54,742 nt of DNA from a virus. Taxonomy: Duplodnaviria; Caudoviricetes. Below are positions 16,889-26,600 of this stretch, piece by piece. The notes beneath the pieces are model-generated. The model did no database searches. It was not told the origin of the DNA and worked only from the letters and a program-made list of their open reading frames with translations. Each line of letters starts with the position of its first letter. Positions within the stretch are counted from its first letter, which is position 1. The translations under genes were made by a program, and so were the position numbers. Where the stretch lies: positions 1-54,742 of the IMG/VR virus record IMGVR_UViG_3300021961_000129, one strand, 5' to 3'.

Positions 16889-19800
16889 TTAAATGATAAC
16901 TACATAAGTTCTTGGAATTTGGAATGGATTATTAATGATAGATGCAGAAATTTCCTGTATATAAATTGTACCAATTCCAATATAAGTAGATTTCGATAAG
17001 GATTCGAATCCTGAAGAGAAGGTGAAGAGACTTCCCGTTGTATCATCATATATTCTTGAAACAGATTCATTAGAAGATCCAAGAACATTAATTGTACCAA
17101 ACCCATCTGGAGCCGGAATAAAGATAATATCTGGATATACAAGTTGTCCAGAAAGTGTTATGACTCCAGATCCAACTTGAGAGTATGTTGCAATTTCCGA
17201 GGTAATTGCAGTTCCATCTAACGTAAATAGTCCAATACCAACAACTGGATAATCAGATTCTATAGAAGTTGTTGCAGATCCATAGATTTGCAGAATAATC
17301 GTGGATTCTGGAGTTTGTGCTGAATAAGACTCGGATTTACCAGATAAAGCAAATAGACTTCCAGATCCACTATAAACATTCGACTCACTTTCAAGAGTAG
17401 TACTGGTAACAAATATTGTTCCTATTCCAGACTCGGAATGGGTCAGTTTAATATTTTGATATGTTCCAGATAATGTATAGAGTCCAAATCCAACATATTC
17501 ATGTAAATCGGACTCTGCAGTTATAGCACTTCCATTAAATTCAAATAGGATTGTATTTTCTTCAGGATTTGCAATAAAGGATACATATGCAGAATCTTGA
17601 CTATCGGATGTAATTTCTTCACTATCACATGTATCATAATCGTTATCTACATTATGTTGTACAAATCTAAATAGTCCTCTTGCCGGATAATTTGGAATAA
17701 AGAATGTGCTTGAATTTCCACTAAGATTTGTAGATCCAGATCCTTCGTAACTATTAGTGATCGATTCTTTAATGAATCCATTGATAACATAAAGTACTTC
17801 TGTTTCTGGAGTTTGTGCGGAGTATACTTCAAAACTCGTTCCAGAAATACTAAAGAGTTGAATATTTTCTGGATCTTGTAACGAGAAACTTTCCTGTGCA
17901 GACGCCGATATCGTTAAAGTTCCAGATCCAAAATATGCATCCGTTTCGGAGTAAGAACCTTCACTAATTTCAAATCCGATTATAATAGATCCATTATTAT
18001 CGAAAGTTATATCAGTTTCATCAAATGTATCAGACTCTGAATCAAATGTACCTAGAATCTGACGTTTTCCAAGATAAACTGTTCCAGATCCAACATAACT
18101 ATCAATTTCAATCTCAATAATAGGTGAAGTTTGTTGAGATATGAATATAGTTCCCGATGTTCCTGGATTTACATCATTGCCATAATATCCATAAACCGCG
18201 ATTTCTCTTGTAGAGGCAATTCCAGAAATTGTTGTAATACCGGAAGAAATATAACCCTTTCTAGTATAGCTCCAAGACTTACCAATTCCAAGGGGAGCAT
18301 AAGGATATTGAACTTGTGGACTAAATCCGGTAATTACATTAAATAATCCAGTTCCAGTATATGGAGTTAATGGGCTATACTTAGCAAGATTATTAGTTTG
18401 ATCAAATTTAAATGTACCAATACCAGAACCAGAGTTGAAATCACCAATTCTAAATCCATATCTATTGGAATATGTTTTAGCGTCACGAGGATTTCCATCT
18501 CCATCTGGGAAGGTTCCAACTCCAACTCCAAACTGAATTCCAGTTGTCCCGATACCAATATTCTTTTCAATACCATAATGAGGTATTAATCTTACTTCTG
18601 GATGTACTAGAGGAGTATTACTAAAGGTAAGTGGAGGTGGATCTACCGTTACATATTCCGAATTTCTATTGTATAATGCACGTTTGTCTTCATCAAACGC
18701 AAATAGTACAGTATCCTCTGGAGTTTGTGCAGAATAAGCTTCTAGTCCAGTTCCAGAAATGTTAATAGAACCAGAAGCATTCCAGGAATCTATATCAGAC
18801 TCTAAAAGTGTTGAAGAAAGGGTAAGAGTTCCAATACCAACTTCTGAGTAAGTAGCCTTAAGATCACTGGATCTTACATCTGAAGTGGATATGAATAATC
18901 CAGAAGTATAAACAAATAATTGTGTATTTACTAGCGGTTCCGCAATAAATTTCTCTATTGCAGTGGAACTTCCAGTTATCTGAATTCCGGTTGTTCCAAT
19001 GCCAATGTTTTCTTCAATACCATAGTGTGGAGTAAAATCAATATTTGGATGTATAAGATTTCCGGATATTGTAAAGAGTCCTGAAGTTCCTGGATCTCTA
19101 TCATCTCCATAATAACCATAAACAGCAATTTCTCTATTAGAAGAAATTCCAGATAAAGTATAAATTGGTCTATCACCATTATATCCCTTTCTAGTATAGC
19201 TCCAAGACTTACCAATTCCAAGAGGAGCATAATCATATGCAACTTGTGGACTAAATCCATTAACAACATTAATGGATCCGAATGGTTTGAGTCCACTACC
19301 AACATTCAGTTGACCATAGTTTTCAAAATTATTAGCAATATTAGATATGAACTGATTATCAGAGAAATCAGTTGCAATGCCTGTTATTAGTTGATAATCT
19401 TCTGCATCAATATCAACAAATTCATTATATACATAAGTTCTACTTTCTCTACCAAAATCTTGTCCAAATAGAGTTCCAGTACCAAGCCAAGAAAATGCAA
19501 ATTGTTCGTTTGTTATAGATCCGGTAAATACAAATGCATAAGTTCCTATGCCAATATTTTGATCTATACCATAATGTGGCGTAAGATCAACTTCTGGGAA
19601 TTGTAGAGGTGTTCCAGAAAGGAATATGGTTCCACTACTAGTATCTGCTGGTTGTGGGTATAGGTGGTCTCCTGGATTCAAGCCATAGACTTGAATCTCT
19701 CTTGTTTCAGCAAATGAAGTCGTAATGAAAAGAGATCCAAATGGATTAATTCCACCAGGTATAAGTGGAGTTGATACAAATCCATTATCTAATCCTGCAG

Positions 19801-20428
19801 CCTGTCCTCCCAATGAGGAGTAATCATCACCAAACAGAGCCTGTTGAGAAATAAATCCATAATCATCAAAATTGGGGTAAATACTTGTATCATCCCAAAC
19901 ATAAGTTCTAGACTCTTTACCTAATCCTAGAATTTCGGAAATGAGTACAAATTGTGTCTCTTCTGGTGTTTGGGCAATATATGATTCATTTGCAGAACCA
20001 GATACAGTTATTGTTCCAGAACCATCTGGGGATGGAGTGTAATCTACATCTGGATAAACTAAATTACCAGATAGAGTGATAGTACCCGAAGTTACATAAT
20101 CTACACCATATACTTGTATTTCTCTGTCCGAAGAGAAAGATGAAATATAAATTGAACCAAAAGGAAAATCTGCAGAAGCCGCAGGTAATGGAAAACTAAC
20201 TAAACCATAATCCGTAAATGGACTGTATATCTGACCAACACTTCCAAATTCTTCATTATCTGTAGTTGGACTCAGTGAAACTAATCCATAATCATCAAAG
20301 GTATCGTAAATACTTGTATCGTCATAAACATAAGTTCTAGATTCTCTACCAAAGTCTGCAAACGTTATTGTTCCAACGGAGACTTCGTTGTAAATGACTT
20401 TTACTACTGCTTGTCCATCTAGATACAA
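16889..20428 (-). CDS. Large acidic, repetitive virion structural protein, C-terminal part (probably frameshift-split from 20419..21174)
   Basis: Ser/Gly/Thr-rich repeats (FGRESRTYVY, PHYGIxxNIGIGT, YSAQTPE); weak TTG start overlapping the upstream ORF; same repeat style as the upstream ORF. Confidence 0.75.
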   Translation of the reverse strand: MYLDGQAVVKVIYNEVSVGTITFADFGRESRTYVYDDTSIYDTFDDYGLVSLSPTTDNEEFGSVGQIYSPFTDYGLVSFPLPAASADFPFGSIYISSFSSDREIQVYGVDYVTSGTITLSGNLVYPDVDYTPSPDGSGTITVSGSANESYIAQTPEETQFVLISEILGLGKESRTYVWDDTSIYPNFDDYGFISQQALFGDDYSSLGGQAAGLDNGFVSTPLIPGGINPFGSLFITTSFAETREIQVYGLNPGDHLYPQPADTSSGTIFLSGTPLQFPEVDLTPHYGIDQNIGIGTYAFVFTGSITNEQFAFSWLGTGTLFGQDFGRESRTYVYNEFVDIDAEDYQLITGIATDFSDNQFISNIANNFENYGQLNVGSGLKPFGSINVVNGFSPQVAYDYAPLGIGKSWSYTRKGYNGDRPIYTLSGISSNREIAVYGYYGDDRDPGTSGLFTISGNLIHPNIDFTPHYGIEENIGIGTTGIQITGSSTAIEKFIAEPLVNTQLFVYTSGLFISTSDVRSSDLKATYSEVGIGTLTLSSTLLESDIDSWNASGSINISGTGLEAYSAQTPEDTVLFAFDEDKRALYNRNSEYVTVDPPPLTFSNTPLVHPEVRLIPHYGIEKNIGIGTTGIQFGVGVGTFPDGDGNPRDAKTYSNRYGFRIGDFNSGSGIGTFKFDQTNNLAKYSPLTPYTGTGLFNVITGFSPQVQYPYAPLGIGKSWSYTRKGYISSGITTISGIASTREIAVYGYYGNDVNPGTSGTIFISQQTSPIIEIEIDSYVGSGTVYLGKRQILGTFDSESDTFDETDITFDNNGSIIIGFEISEGSYSETDAYFGSGTLTISASAQESFSLQDPENIQLFSISGTSFEVYSAQTPETEVLYVINGFIKESITNSYEGSGSTNLSGNSSTFFIPNYPARGLFRFVQHNVDNDYDTCDSEEITSDSQDSAYVSFIANPEENTILFEFNGSAITAESDLHEYVGFGLYTLSGTYQNIKLTHSESGIGTIFVTSTTLESESNVYSGSGSLFALSGKSESYSAQTPESTIILQIYGSATTSIESDYPVVGIGLFTLDGTAITSEIATYSQVGSGVITLSGQLVYPDIIFIPAPDGFGTINVLGSSNESVSRIYDDTTGSLFTFSSGFESLSKSTYIGIGTIYIQEISASIINNPFQIPRTYVVII

Positions 20429-21174
20429 TCTATAATTTGGATAAACTCTGCAGATCCGCTAACAGATAGTTTTCCAAATGGAGTATCTAAGGCTATTACA
20501 TTATCTTGTATAAATTGATAATCAATTACGGAAGTACCGGCATCTTGTGATACCTGTCCAAAATCAAGAGGACCATTAGTACTAATACCAGCAATTAAAC
20601 CATAATCCTGAGTATTATCAAATACTATTGATGATTCGTTATAATCAAACGTTACTCTTTCTAAAGCCGTCTCAGCGACGGTCTGATCGATTCGCAGTGT
20701 ACCTGAAGCTACATAAGGTCTAATAGTTCTTTCTAATCCACTACCTATTTCAAATAGAGTTCCATTTCCTGCCCAAATAAATTTGACATTAATTATTGAT
20801 GTTCCGGACAGAACTAATGGAACGGGAGTAAATGACTCCAAATAAGTTACTGATTGTCCACCTAGACCATCATTATTTGATATACTTCCGAATGGAGTTA
20901 TTGTTCCAGAATTTGATATATAACTATAATCTTCCCTAGGCGTAAAACTATTATCAAATGTTTCTGGCCCAGAGTTATCGTCAAAAGTTAGTAAAGATGA
21001 TGAAAAATTATTTGGATTATTAGGAAAGTCTCCATATGGAATTTCTGATGATGATTGTACAGGTATTTGGGAATAATCTTCGGACGCAGAAATATTTCCC
21101 GAAGTTATGCTGCCATAATCTTCGGTAGAAAAAGAATTTATTCCATCAATAGTGTTATACGTGAATACCCGCAT
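20419..21174 (-). CDS. Virion structural protein, N-terminal part of a probable split gene
   Basis: EDYGSI / DYGLI / PFGxL repeats identical in style to the 1179-aa ORF; ends 10 nt into the next ORF. Confidence 0.7.
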   Translation of the reverse strand: MRVFTYNTIDGINSFSTEDYGSITSGNISASEDYSQIPVQSSSEIPYGDFPNNPNNFSSSLLTFDDNSGPETFDNSFTPREDYSYISNSGTITPFGSISNNDGLGGQSVTYLESFTPVPLVLSGTSIINVKFIWAGNGTLFEIGSGLERTIRPYVASGTLRIDQTVAETALERVTFDYNESSIVFDNTQDYGLIAGISTNGPLDFGQVSQDAGTSVIDYQFIQDNVIALDTPFGKLSVSGSAEFIQIIDCI

Positions 21175-21205
21175 TTAGACTTACCCACAAATGTGAATAT
21201 TAATA

Positions 21206-21238
21206 AAAAGGAGGATCGCCATAAACAAGCAACCCCCC
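21206..21238 (-). terminator. Intrinsic terminator after the 335-aa gene
   Basis: Minus strand GGGGGTTGC-ttgtttatg-GCGATCCTCC followed by a T run. Confidence 0.6.
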
Positions 21239-21273
21239 ATATCCAAAATCAGAATATTTTTAAAAAAATAAAA

Positions 21274-22281
21274 TCAATCAAGAGCCACATTTAGAGTAAT
21301 CTTGATTTGGTCTCCATTATTTTGAATGGAATATGGTCCATTAGTAAATCTTTCAGCATACATAATAGAACTATAAAGAGTTGCCGTACTCAAACCTGCG
21401 ATTCCATTTGGAGTTGGACTTAGAGATGGAGTTGTATAGAACTCATTAGCATTAGGAACAGAGAAAACTGTATAAGTTCCGGAAGATAACGTAGTATTTC
21501 CAGTTCCGGCTGCAACATAAAGAATATCTCCAGCAACTAACTGGTGGCCAGTCATCTGAATTTTACCGTAACTAAATTCAACACTAGGATCTGTAGCGAC
21601 CTGAATGTTATCAATTAGGGCTTTATCCAAATAAACAACTTTTAATGCTCTATCAATACCAATTACTTTGGTTCCTGTTTGAATACCAGCATTTCCGCCA
21701 ACAACCATTCCAAGAGTAAGATCATCAACACTTTGATCTGGATCTACTGTAATATAAAGATTACCTACGACTCCAATTACTGGATCGGTATTATTACCTT
21801 TGGTGACAGTAGTTCCAACACCAACTGTTGCAGCATGTACAACTCCTTGTACAGCAACAGGCATATTATTTGCTCTTGTTACATAATAACCGTAAATATC
21901 ACCAGCATCTCCAGTAAATGTAAAGGTCTGTTCTGGGTAAGTTGCAGTAGTACCAGAACCTACCTGGTTAATTCTCCAACGTGATCCATTTAGGAGAATA
22001 CCTGTTTGTGAGGTATAAGTTTGATCTGTTCTATTATTTACACAGTATGGATAACCTGTATAAGGAGCATATCCATAAGCATTGGTATTTCCAATTCCAT
22101 ATGGTTCAAAATATGCAGTAGCGGAAGGAACATCAGACTCAGCCGGAGTCGTGTTACTTGTGAAAAGTTTTAAAACTAGGTTTCTGGGAGACTGGTCAGC
22201 AAGACTTGCGGTGTGGTTGTTCTGTGCAACCAAGTATCTGAGTGACTCAAGTTCTCCAATATTTGGAACTAATAGTGCCAT
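21274..22281 (-). CDS. Conserved cyanophage virion structural protein
   Basis: MALLVPNIGELESLRYL..LVLKLFTSNTTPAESD..ATYPEQTFTF..YAERFTNGPYSIQNNGDQIKITLN; late promoter upstream. Confidence 0.75.
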   Translation of the reverse strand: MALLVPNIGELESLRYLVAQNNHTASLADQSPRNLVLKLFTSNTTPAESDVPSATAYFEPYGIGNTNAYGYAPYTGYPYCVNNRTDQTYTSQTGILLNGSRWRINQVGSGTTATYPEQTFTFTGDAGDIYGYYVTRANNMPVAVQGVVHAATVGVGTTVTKGNNTDPVIGVVGNLYITVDPDQSVDDLTLGMVVGGNAGIQTGTKVIGIDRALKVVYLDKALIDNIQVATDPSVEFSYGKIQMTGHQLVAGDILYVAAGTGNTTLSSGTYTVFSVPNANEFYTTPSLSPTPNGIAGLSTATLYSSIMYAERFTNGPYSIQNNGDQIKITLNVALD

Positions 22282-22323
22282 TTAAACAACTCCCTGCAGG
22301 TTACGATTTTTAATAACTATCTT

Positions 22324-22331
22324 TATTTATA
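22324..22331 (-). promoter_or_regulatory. T4-type late promoter
   Basis: TATAAATA overlapping the stop of the upstream gene. Confidence 0.65.
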
Positions 22332-23004
22332 ATTTTAATTTTAAAGAGACTAGAAAACGATTTATATTATTCACGGAAATAACATCAAAAGTCAAAATAT
22401 CTCCGGATACAATTGTAGTGTCCCAACCACTTAGATTATCATCACGAACTTTTCTTGAGTTGGTCATTTGTGGATAAACTCCACCAACTATGGAAGTAAA
22501 AGTTGGAAATGTCGAATAATTTGATTTTTTTATATCTAAAGTAAGATCCCCTTGTTGATCTGAAAGAATTACCAAAGATTCTATAAATCCACTTACATCT
22601 AAAGTAACAGAACCTTTATTTCCAGACAACATTGCAATTGAACCACTATCAATTACATAATTAATAGTTCTGGTCAAATCTGCGGTTGTAGCTAAAGCAA
22701 TAATAAAAACATCATCACCTGGGTTTGGAGCTACTGTAAAAATTATATTATCTGTTGAAGTTGTATAATCTTCAATTGGTTCTAAAACTAAATTATTTTT
22801 AACAACAATCAATTGTTGATCATTAATTGGTACGTAAGAATTTCCAGTTGAAGTTAATCCAAAAGTATGGGCTACTCCAGTAAATTGCGAATTAAGTTCA
22901 TCAAGAATTACGTTCCCATATTGAATAGATTTGGTTGGTATTTCATAATCTACACCAATTCTATATGGGCCAGGTTCATTAAGAGTTACTAAGTAATCTG
23001 TCAT
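22327..23004 (-). CDS. Virion structural protein
   Basis: 225 aa; QLIVVKNNLVLEPIEDY..IIFTVAP module typical of tail/baseplate proteins; in the structural operon. Confidence 0.7.
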   Translation of the reverse strand: MTDYLVTLNEPGPYRIGVDYEIPTKSIQYGNVILDELNSQFTGVAHTFGLTSTGNSYVPINDQQLIVVKNNLVLEPIEDYTTSTDNIIFTVAPNPGDDVFIIALATTADLTRTINYVIDSGSIAMLSGNKGSVTLDVSGFIESLVILSDQQGDLTLDIKKSNYSTFPTFTSIVGGVYPQMTNSRKVRDDNLSGWDTTIVSGDILTFDVISVNNINRFLVSLKLKL

Positions 23005-23336
23005 TATGATACTCCTGGAGTTACCAAAACATTTCCTTGAACAGCTCTGCTTCTATAAGAATTGGGAGAAATTAGAATAACATCATAAACATAACGACCA
23101 CCTTCAATTGCATCAGTTGCAGTATATCCCATTGAAACTGCAATTTTTCCATTCAATCTATCTACAAAAGAAAGAGTTAAAGGATATGCAGTTGAAGAAG
23201 TTGGATGTTTTCTTATTGAAGAAATTCCAGTATACCCTGTTAAATTTAATGGTGCATTATTTGTGTTCCTGATTGTAAAGGTGGCTTGAAAGTCAACCCC
23301 TTGTTCAAGAACTAAGTTTACATTCCTTGCCGCCAT
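23004..23336 (-). CDS. Small virion structural protein (Ig-like)
   Basis: NLVLEQGVDFQATF..LNLTGY..GRYVYDV..GNVLVTPGV motif common in T4-like phage structural proteins. Confidence 0.75.
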   Translation of the reverse strand: MAARNVNLVLEQGVDFQATFTIRNTNNAPLNLTGYTGISSIRKHPTSSTAYPLTLSFVDRLNGKIAVSMGYTATDAIEGGRYVYDVILISPNSYRSRAVQGNVLVTPGVS

Positions 23337-23356
23337 TATTAGAACCTGTTTTTAAG

Positions 23357-23363
23357 TATTTAT
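23357..23363 (-). promoter_or_regulatory. Late promoter
   Basis: ATAAATA ~20 nt before the ATG at 23336. Confidence 0.55.
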
Positions 23364-23605
23364 GAGTTACTGTCTAATTTTAATAAAAGAAGTTTCATCA
23401 TATCTTTTATATCATTCAACTCAGATTTAATTTCATCAATTTCATGCATCTTATTTTTTACAGATTCAAACTCTTGCATTTCTTCAATTTTTTTTCTTTT
23501 TAGTTCCAAATACGCATTAAATTCTGAATCGGAACAATTTAAGATTGCTCCAGAAGAAGAATCTCTATATAGTCCCGTACTACCTTCTACCGGAATTAAT
23601 TCCAT
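23360..23605 (-). CDS. Small coiled-coil hypothetical protein
   Basis: MELIPVEGSTGLYRDSSSGAILN..coiled-coil C-terminus; ATG at 23605 preferred over TTG at 23620. Confidence 0.75.
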   Translation of the reverse strand: MELIPVEGSTGLYRDSSSGAILNCSDSEFNAYLELKRKKIEEMQEFESVKNKMHEIDEIKSELNDIKDMMKLLLLKLDSNS

Positions 23606-23606
23606 A

Positions 23607-26600
23607 TTAAATTGAAGCAATGGCTCTTAGATCTTTTATTCTAGGAACAAATGATGAATTTGTTCCTGTCATTAAAATTTTGATTTGGAATCCAGAAAAT
23701 TGAGGTAATGATGTAGCAGTATATTCATATGATGAAAACTCATCTTCAGATGCAGCAGAAAGAACTTGTTTATCTGGCAATCCATTATTATCAGATGGAT
23801 TTATAACTTGTCCGTTTGCATCTAGATTTGTATAACCTGGGAATAATTCCCATAATGGTTCGGTAGTAGCATCAGATCTGAAAAGTCTGTAAAGAACTCT
23901 TATGTCACTTGTGCTATGTCTAAATGCATCAAATAGAACCTTAATATTATCCGCCACTTTTTCTAGAACAACAATTTTACTCAGATAAACAGCAGCAGTT
24001 GGATCTTCAAGGATAGAATTGACTCTAGAATCGGTTGCATAATTGGAAACTTTAGAATTTATCCTATTTGCAATAGTAATTAAATTTACTCTATCCAAAT
24101 CAATCATTGGGGAAACTTTACTTTCATCAGTAGTAAGTTCCAATTCAATTGTAAATGATTTATTACCAGGATAATCCGCTAATTTAGTAGTTTCATTTAT
24201 TCTTGAAGCAATAAGTCTTGGACTGTTAAAAGTATTCGTTTGATTGATAGTTATCTCTTGGAATCCTTGATCAACAAATGCATTCAAATTGCTGTCTGGA
24301 GTAGACGCGGAGAACGTTCTTGCTCTTGCAGAAATGGATGTGCCTTCTGGCAACATTACTTGGAAATTAGGAAGAATTGCATTGAATGGAATATTTTGAG
24401 TTGCCTTAGGGCCCTTAATTGATCCAGATGAAGGAACTATATCATAAGATCCGCAAGACTTATCCGAATTAAAATACAATTCTGGGAATGAATTTGTATT
24501 TCCAGAAGTCCTATCAGTTCCTCCGGTACTCATTCCTACTTTAATATAATAATAATCTAAATCTTGTGGGTACTTAGATAAATCAGTATCCGCTAAACTA
24601 TGAGTTTTATTAATTCTCCTCAATGAAACTCCATTTACTTCATACTTATAAACGGAATCTCCGGATGAATATGAACCGGCAATTGAAGAATCAATCTTTC
24701 TAGTTATTCCAGTAAGAGAGTTTGTTGAGGTAACCACTCCAGTATATTTTATAATCTCGGAATCAATAAGAATATATCCTGGATTTAATGAAGATACAGT
24801 TACATTTTCGAAACTTGTAAATATACCCACAGAACTTACAACTATATTTGAAGTTGAAGATGAAGAATATGAAGAGTTTAAAGTGGATGGTTTTAAATCG
24901 GGCTCTAGTCCAGATAATGTTACTCTATCATTAGTTGAATACATTCCATGATTATTATGAGAAACTCTAAAGTGCAAACCATCAGTAATTTCATTAATAT
25001 AAGTCACATTTGCATTAGGCAATGAACTCGTTCCAGAAGTACCAACATAGAATAAAGCGTCCGTTGTATTTTGTTGTGGTGTACCCTGAACTCTATCTAA
25101 CAATAAGGAATTGAATGCAGAAATAACTCCAACAGAATTTGGAATAGATAAGATCAAATTCTTACCTAAATTATCAGTTTGGGTATAATCAACTGTCAAA
25201 GCGTCTCCATAAACATATCCAGTACCACCTACTGATACTGTAGCTGCAATAGCAACTCCATTTTGTACGCTCAGATTAACTTTTGCTCCGAATCCTTTTC
25301 CAGTTAATGAAATAAGATTTACATTAGAATAAGTTTGGAATGAAGCTGTGAATGCAGATCCAACAGAAGTTAATGATAATGTACTCCCTATTCCTATTGA
25401 TCCAACAACACTTTTCAAGTTACCTCTGAAATTTCCATTATTATTTTGGAGAATTGTTACTCCACTGGTTAAGTTAGAAACCTCAGAGCTTGTTAAACTT
25501 TTTCCAAGTCCAACAATTAAAGATCTGGAAATACAATCCAGAGGATTTGCTTTCAAACTAGCTATTTGTTTGTTACCAATATCCAAAGTTGGATTATAGA
25601 ATCTTACAGTTGATGACCCTTTATAAAAATCTGCTCTGTAGATTGTCAGTTTTAAGTCTTCAAGTTGACTTGGATCCCAAGTTGCACCATTTTGGGATTT
25701 AAATAGTGATCCAAGAAGTGGTTGTTGAGAGACAATAATTTTTTCAGATTCTATTTTACTAATAGTGGTTACATCTTCTTCTCCCATTCTTGAAATGAAT
25801 ACGGTATATTCATCAGAAGCAGACAATAATACCACACAATATGATTTTCCAGTTTCACAATATACTGGGGAGGGAAAAGTAAATGTTGTTTTTTTAGAAC
25901 CATCATCAGAAAGATCAACTTCTGAAGGATCCAGAACAATTTCACCAAAAGGAAGGATTTCCTGAGTAGGAAGTCCGGTTTGCATAGTTCTTATCTGCAT
26001 TGTAATTGGCAGATTTTTAGTATCCTTAGTCTTAAAGAAAACATCAACTTTAGTTATAAAAATACCAGATTCATCAGGAACTTCGAAAGATTGAGCTAAA
26101 GGATCGACCCATCTAGTTTGTGTAGTCGATCTATTACTAAATGTAGTGCTTGCAACTGTCTCTGTTTTTTCTGATTTTATGGTTCTTTCATCAGTTTTTA
26201 CTAACCTTTCTACTTTTGCATTTCTAATTCTTAAAGTTGTTTCTTCAACATTATTAAGAGTTCCGGAGGATGTAAATCTGGTTTCTCCAGTACTATCTGT
26301 GGCTCCAGATATAGTAACATTGGTTGAACTGGTAGTTAATGTAAATGTTTTTGTTCCAGTTTCAAAACTAGGTGTAGAAGCCAAATTTGAATTAGGTATA
26401 AACAATGACCCGATCAAAGTACCTGCAGAATCTGTAACCAATCTAACATTTGTTATTTTTGCTATGGCTCCACTAACCTCACCTTTTAATTGCATTCCAG
26501 TTATTACATTTCCATAGTAACCAGAAGCAGATTGTAACTCTAGAGAAGCAGTATCTATATTTAATAGTGTTGAAGTACTTGAATATGAACTTGAAATAGT

